NCBI GenBank assembly: GCA_951406725.2
Contig: OX597828.1
Span: forward strand, 65,472,001 to 65,536,000
Direction: 5' to 3'
Source: Octopus vulgaris
Taxonomy: Eukaryota
DNA length: 64,000 bases
In this document: positions 56,720-64,000 of the stretch, one piece after another
How positions within the stretch are numbered: the first letter of the stretch is position 1
How the letters are laid out: the number at the start of each line of letters is the position of its first letter
Translations under genes and position numbers: made by a program
Notes under the pieces: generated by a model
The model's database searches: none
Seen by the model: only the letters and a program-made list of their open reading frames with translations
What the model was told of the DNA's origin: nothing

Positions 56720-57394
56720 TATATGCACACACACGACTGGCTTCTTTCACTTTCCGTCTACTAAAATCCACTCACAAGGTTTTGCTCGGTCCGAGACTAT
56801 ATAAAATACACTTGCCAAAGGTGCCACGCAGTGGGACTGAACTCCGAACCGTGTAGCTGGGAGGCAAGTTTCTTACCACACCACCATACCTAGCTCAGCA
56901 GATTAATTTTACTTATTCACTCGCTCTTTTGCCAAGTTGCTAAGTTACGCTGACGCATAGAAACTAACATTGATTTTCAAGAGATGGTAGGAGAATAAGC
57001 ACAAACCCAAAGATACACACGCATGTAAATATATACGATGGGCTTCTGCACAGTTTCCATCTACCAAATTCGTTCACAATGCATTGGCCAACTTGGGATT
57101 ACAGATTGAACCCTAAACTACATGGTTGCAAAGCAAGCGTCCTAACCATGCAGCAATGCCTGCGTTTATATATGAGCGATCATGAAACATGGTTTCATGC
57201 TATAAATATATCATATATTGTATAATATAATGTATCATAGCAAAATGTAATATAACGTAATTTAGTGCAGCATGATATTATTTCACATTATATAAAGTTT
57301 AATTGAATATTGGGAACATCTGCACGGAATATATAAAGCTACACATACACATTAACACGCAAGCACACGCACACACATACGAACATACATACAT

Positions 57395-57522
<128 letters not shown>

Positions 57523-57529
57523 TTAATCC

Positions 57530-57720
57530 AAACATGAACAAAGAGAAAACAGAAGAACGCAAGTACGTGGAATAAGTACAGTGTTATTGGATGCTCAGGA
57601 AAGGAAAGAAAGAAAAAGGATTTCATGTTTCGAGCGGAGCTCTTCATCAGAAATATAGAAAAAGTCCAAAGAAGACAAGACGGAGAAAGAAAATCGCCAA
57701 CGATACACACACGGTCACAT
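57530..57720 (-). mobile_element. short Penelope-like terminal repeat with hammerhead core
   Basis: Reverse complement of 57621-57653: ttt CTGATGA a gagc-tcc-gctc GAAA ca tg aaa. Confidence 0.62.
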
Positions 57721-58149
57721 ATTGAAATGACCGGAAGGGAATGGGTGTAGAAAAAGTTCTTTCAAAGACAGGAGAGTGCAAGAGAAGGAGGTGTGCGTGT
57801 GTTTTTGTGGGTATGTACGCACAGATCTGTGTGTGTGTGTATGTGTAATGATAACACGTGTGTGTGTGTGTGTGGATGGGCTTAGTATAGTGTCATAGCA
57901 AGAATTTATAGTAAGAAATTTGGTTGGAGTGGCTGCCTACACATGTGCTTAGGAGAATGGTCAGTAGATGGTACTGGTTGTTCGAAGCATGTGTATGTGC
58001 ATGTATGTATATGTAGTGTGTGTGTTTTGTTTGCAGTGTGTGTGCGTGTGTGTTTATGTGACTATATGTGTATGCGTATGTGTACGTGTGTGTGCGTGAA
58101 TGCATTTATTGTGTGTGTATGTATATGTATGTGATTATATATGTTATAT

Positions 58150-58543
58150 TACTCTCTTTTACTCTTTTACTTGTTTCAGTAATTTTACTGCGGCCATGCT
58201 GGAGCACCACCTTTAGTCGAGCAAATCGACCCCAGAACTTATTCTTTGTAAGCCTAGTACTTATTCTATCGGTCTCTTACGAGGACATAAACACACCAGC
58301 ACCGGTTGTCAAGCGATGTTGGGGGGACAAACACAGGCATAAAAACATATACACACACACACATATATATACATATATACGACGGGCTTCTCTCAGTTTC
58401 CGTCTCCCAAATCCACTCACAAGGCTTTGGTCGACCCGAGGCTTTAGTAGAAGACACTTGCCCAAGGTACCACGCAGTGGGACTGAACCAAGAACTATGT
58501 GGTTGGTAAGCAGGCTACTTACCACACAGCCACTCCTACACCT
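58150..58543 (-). mobile_element. SINE family B
   Basis: Reverse complement of 32164-32645. Confidence 0.9.
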
Positions 58544-58562
58544 ATATATATATATCTATATA

Positions 58563-58612
<50 letters not shown>

Positions 58613-58699
58613 CATATGTGTGTGTACATATATATACACACATATGCATCTTCTTGTATGTATGTATGTATATATATATGTATAAATGTACATATGTCA

Positions 58700-58895
58700 T
58701 AGTCAATGTGACGATCGCACGCTACACACCTTCCTTCCAAGCATTGCTGTAAACAGCAGAAGTGAACTAGAACGTTAAAACTTAGTGCGCATGCACAGCA
58801 GAGTTTAAGGTCACTCTGTGCCAAGCGACTTTACTCTGCGTTTTTCTGCTTCGTTACTATGGCAACAATCCGAATATTTATTGATCAGGCCATAT
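58700..58895 (-). mobile_element. probable mariner 5' end fragment
   Basis: Reverse complement begins ta-tggcctgatcaataaatattcgga, which resembles a mariner TIR. Confidence 0.45.
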
Positions 58896-59027
58896 ATATA
58901 CACACAAGCACACAAACACACACACACACACACACACACAAAAAAAATATATATATATGTGTGTGTGTGTGTATGTGTGTGTGTATGTATGTATGTATGT
59001 ATGTATGTATGTATGTATGTATGTATG

Positions 59028-59093
<66 letters not shown>

Positions 59094-59601
59094 TTTGTAT
59101 ATGCGTGTGCAAGACTAAGCATAATAAAATATGTTGAGTGTGCCGAAATAAAGAAGCCCACTGGTAGAAGCCATATTTCAATAAAGGACAAATCTCAAGT
59201 CATTCTGAAATTGCAATAAATAACAAATAAGGAATAAAGAGACCAAAATGCTATATTTCAATAATAAATTTTATTGAATAGCAAACTTTTTTTCTGCCAA
59301 ATATTTATGCTTTGTATCGGCGAAGCTGTTCGTTGAAAAGCAACGCCAAGTAGAGTACGTAAAAAAAGTAGACATTCCTTCTATAAAATGTTGAGAATGG
59401 AACAAAATCTATATCAAAGAAAGAAACTAATGTTGCAGTATGCATCCTAAAATCTGTGAAGCATGTTATTGCCTTCGTATAACAGCGTCCTTGGAAGATA
59501 CAGTGATATTTTTTAATTATCATCTTTATTAGATGCTTTTAGGACTTCAGAAATTAGCTGCCTAAAGGCTTCACATTTATGGGAGTTTATATATATACAT
59601 A

Positions 59602-59651
<50 letters not shown>

Positions 59652-59656
59652 CTCCA

Positions 59657-59828
59657 AGGCGTAGGAGTGGCTCTGTGGTAAGTAGCTTGCTTACCAACCA
59701 CATGGTTCCGGGTTCAGTCCCACTGCGTGGCACCTTGGGCAAGTGTCTTCTACTATAGCCTCGGGCCGACCTTAGCCTTGTGAGTGGATTTGGTAAACGG
59801 AAACTGAAAGAAGCCCGTTGTATATATG

Positions 59829-59863
<35 letters not shown>

Positions 59864-60090
59864 ATGCGTGTGTATATGTTTGTGTGTATATGTTTGTGTG
59901 TCTGTGTTTGTCACCCTAACATCGCTTGACAACTGATGCTGGTGTGTTTACGTCCCTGTAACTTAGCGGTTCGGCAAAAAGAGACTGATAGAATAAGTAC
60001 TAGGCTTACAAAGAATAAGTCCTGTGGTCGATTTGCTTGACTAAAGGCGGTGCTCCAGCATGGCCACAGTCAAATGACTGAAACAAATAA
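59657..60090 (+). mobile_element. SINE family B, full length
   Basis: Homologous to 32164-32645. Confidence 0.93.
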
Positions 60091-60728
60091 AATATATATA
60101 TATATATACATACATACATACATGCAGATATATATATATCAACCCTTTCTTGTTTCAGTCATTGGAATGCGGCCATGCTGGAGCACTTCCTTAATGTGTT
60201 TAGTTGTACAAATCGACCTGGCTCCTTACCTTTTAAGCGTGTTTCTTATTGTTTCTGTCTCTTTTAGCACAATTGCTAGCTTACAAGGATGTTAACAAAC
60301 CTACACCGGTTTTCAAGCGCTGGAGAGACAAAAACAAATGCACACAAATATATATAAACATATATTATATATATATATATATATACATACATACATACAT
60401 ACATACATACATACATACATACATACATACATACATACATACATACATACATAATTAGAATACCATAAGGGTTAATTTATATTTCAGTATAATTATAAAA
60501 TTATAAGGGCGTTGAAACGACAACGTCTGTACACTAGAAGTAGACCCCAAATGGTCTACAATCCACTTAAGCTATTATTCTATTACTGCAAAGCTGTATG
60601 GGAGTAAAAATGGATAGTAAGGATTTATAAAATATTATGGATAAGACTATATCTTAAGTTCACGGCTTGCGATATTAAAAACGCTTTCAGCTTTTCAGTA
60701 GCGCAAACCGATTGTAAATAAATGAGGA

Positions 60729-60793
<65 letters not shown>

Positions 60794-60794
<1 letters not shown>

Positions 60795-61603
60795 TAGCAG
60801 CATAGCCCGGCGTTGCCCGGGTATGTAAGAGCCCCTAGTAGGCAACGACTAATCCCAATCTAGTCCTTTCCCTCTAGGGAACGAAGGCGCATGTGTAGGT
60901 TGCAATGTCTTCTCTTCACTCCCAAATAACTATCAAACAGCTATCGATAATTCAACCCAACCAATTCCTACCAGGAAGAAATTACATTCGAGACTTTACC
61001 CCCAACATCGCCACTTCTGCTAATAGCTGCTGCAGCCGGAAGTTATTCGAATACTTTTTTTGTTTACACTTTCTTTATAACTACCACCCCAAACGTTTTA
61101 CCTTAAATTTTTGACGTACCCTAAGGGTCCTCGGACGCTACTTGCAAACTCTTGGTTTATTATAAACCGCTTTTGTCGTGTGCATCAAAAAAAACCTTTT
61201 CCATTCGTTTGTTCAGTTTGGTCACTTTTGACTTTTTCGTTGTTGTCACTCACATTGCTGCCCGCTTTTTTGCCGTTTTTGTACATTTTTATACATTTTG
61301 GGGATACTTACCCCACGTGTTCCGAGAGTTAAAAAGGTCGAGTTGCGTCCCCTAGACAGTCTGTAGAAAATGTGTTGCATATAAAAAGCTTAGATTCTCG
61401 ACCCATGTCGAATTTATCGATTTTTTTTCAGAACTGGGGAAACTTTTCAAAATTTTCGCTGCGTTAGTTTTGAATTATAACATTGGGCTATGTGTGAGTC
61501 AAGTTTCATCAGAATCGGTTGAAATCCGTCGTCAGGGTGAGGGTACAACCTGACAGACACACAGACACACAGACAGACAAACTGCCGTTTATATAGAGAG
61601 GGA
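60794..61603 (-). mobile_element. non-autonomous Helitron
   Basis: Minus strand: a|TCcctctctatataaac..(tctg)n..., 3' hairpin cccgggcaacgccggg (60806-60821), then CTAG|t. Confidence 0.88.
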
Positions 61604-62008
61604 TACCATGGATATACAATCGTACAAATACGAGCAATATATATGCATTTCACACAAATATACGAAGTAAAACCTGAATTTCCATTTCAACCATATGGTT
61701 ATTTGCTCAGAATAATTCTGCAGCAAATATGTTGGTGGAGTGAATTAAGATATATTTATCCATAATTAGGATAAAGCCATTATCTAATGATTTATCAGTG
61801 GCCAGCGTACTAACAATACCATAACGGGTAATTCATATTTCAGTATAATTATAAAATCATAATAAGGGCGTTGCAACGACTGTATATATGACTGTATATA
61901 TGTGGTGTGTGTATATGTATTTCTCATTTATTTACGATTGGGTTGGACCCAGAACCATGTGGCTGAGGAGCAAACTTCTTACACACCGTCGTGCCTACGT
62001 GTATAGCC

Positions 62009-62381
<373 letters not shown>

Positions 62382-62780
62382 TATGATGGAGGGAGGGAGG
62401 GAATTAGATTAGACTTTATTGAGACTAAAAGTTTTACCTTCGCACTTCAATAAGTCGCCAGTCAACTCTAACTTGATTAAGGAAATTTAATATTAGTTTA
62501 AAAGTTCTACTATCAAGAAATTCTTGCTGTTTTTCTGTATTTATATATTGATTAAGAATATTACATTTACATGTGTTTGAATATGAGCTCTTATATACAT
62601 ATATTATTATTGTTGTTGTTGTTGTTGTTACTATTATTATAAATGCTTTGCTGTTTATCTATATTCTTTTATTAACAACACAAAATATTACATTTATGTA
62701 TGTGAATGTGTGAGTTTCTGTTTCTGTGTGCCTCAGTAGGTGTATGAATATGTGTGTTAATATATGTGGGTTTGCGTGTG

Positions 62781-62812
<32 letters not shown>

Positions 62813-64000
62813 TGTATGTATGTATGTATGTATGTATGTATGTATGTATGTATAATTATCTTCCTGCGCTGGTAGTCAAACATATAGATCGGTCTAATAC
62901 ATTGAAACAAAATTAACAAAATTATTATTGATCAAGAAATATATTAAAAGTTCTGGACTAAAAAACAACAACTAATAGTTTTTCATCTGTCTGAAAGGTA
63001 TTCCCATGTCCGGGTAAGACCAGAAGCTTCAAAACAACCGATATGACTCCTCAGAGATTTGCTGTCATTCTGTTGAGTGTATGCGCACAGGAGATTAAAT
63101 TGGGAAAAATATACAGACATATTTCAACTTAGTTCGTTTTGAGTCCCATCTTTTTTATTTGTTGTTTTTTTTTTTCTTTTTATAAAATAAATGATATCAG
63201 CGAACATATTTAAAGGTATAAAATAATTTAAAAGACACCATAAAAAGCAATACTGAAGTGAAACATCAAATAAAATACATGTGAAAATATGTGCAAGTCA
63301 TTCATTTAAACACAGTAACTCTCACAACGTCAAGGTCAGTTATTCTTGCTAAACAACATTGCTTCAAACATCGCACAGTATAACAGACACAGACGCTCAC
63401 CTACAGCAGCTCCAATACACACCCCATCCAGTAATTGCCGAAATCCTACCAGCTGCCGTTTCTCACAGGCTGTGGTCCGTAGAGCCACCCTCAATCCACT
63501 CGATGGTATTACAAGAAACTTCAGAGGAAGGTATACACAGCGTATGCGCTCGTTCGGGTGCAGAGATATGGAAAACTTCACTTCCTTGTTCTGTTTTACC
63601 TAGAGACTCGGTAATCATACTCACCAAGAACTCGCAATTGCGAACTCTGACTCTACGAGAGACCACGTACTCCACAAACCTTCAGTGTTCATCAACAAGA
63701 AAAATTATTATTGCTAGCAGAGGAATGCCCTGCTAATGAACAATTCAGCCTATAATCCCGATATACCACATAAGGCTTGACTGCTCCATTATAAAAGGCA
63801 CGGTAATTAACCCCTGCAGCCCGTATAAAGACTGCAGCCCCATCGATGGTCACAATCCAACCTTGCACCAAATTTTAGTCCACCACCACCAAATTTGGTT
63901 AATCCCAGTTAAAGGCCAATACCGCTAATAGGTATTTTCCACTAACCCGCGACAGCACACCGTTCTACTATGTGTAGTAGCAAAGGCAACGAACTGGTGT

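Overview
AT-rich, microsatellite-dense eukaryotic DNA. The SINE families and the (GT)n/(TA)n/(GATA)n density suggest an octopod cephalopod (inferred, not proven). No intact protein-coding gene is evident, and almost all ORF-track entries are microsatellite or repeat artefacts. Main contents: (1) a near-identical 535-bp tandem array (26402-30753; 2 units on -, about 6 on +). Each unit carries a type I hammerhead-ribozyme fold with a palindromic stem III, so it resembles a retrozyme/Penelope-type insertion, and it sits inside a non-autonomous Helitron. (2) Many other dispersed, variably decayed minimal hammerhead motifs and foldback repeats. (3) Scattered, stop-containing exon relics of two large convergent genes, read by eye: a polycystin-1-like (REJ/PLAT/PKD-channel) gene on + (about 5.9-32 kb) and a YWTD-EGF/SEA/FN3 receptor-like gene on - (about 35.6-63 kb). 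(4) Several tRNA-derived SINE families, Dong/R4-like and CR1-like LINE remnants, mariner and maT/DD37D transposons, and a second Helitron. All family calls come from motif recognition without database searches.
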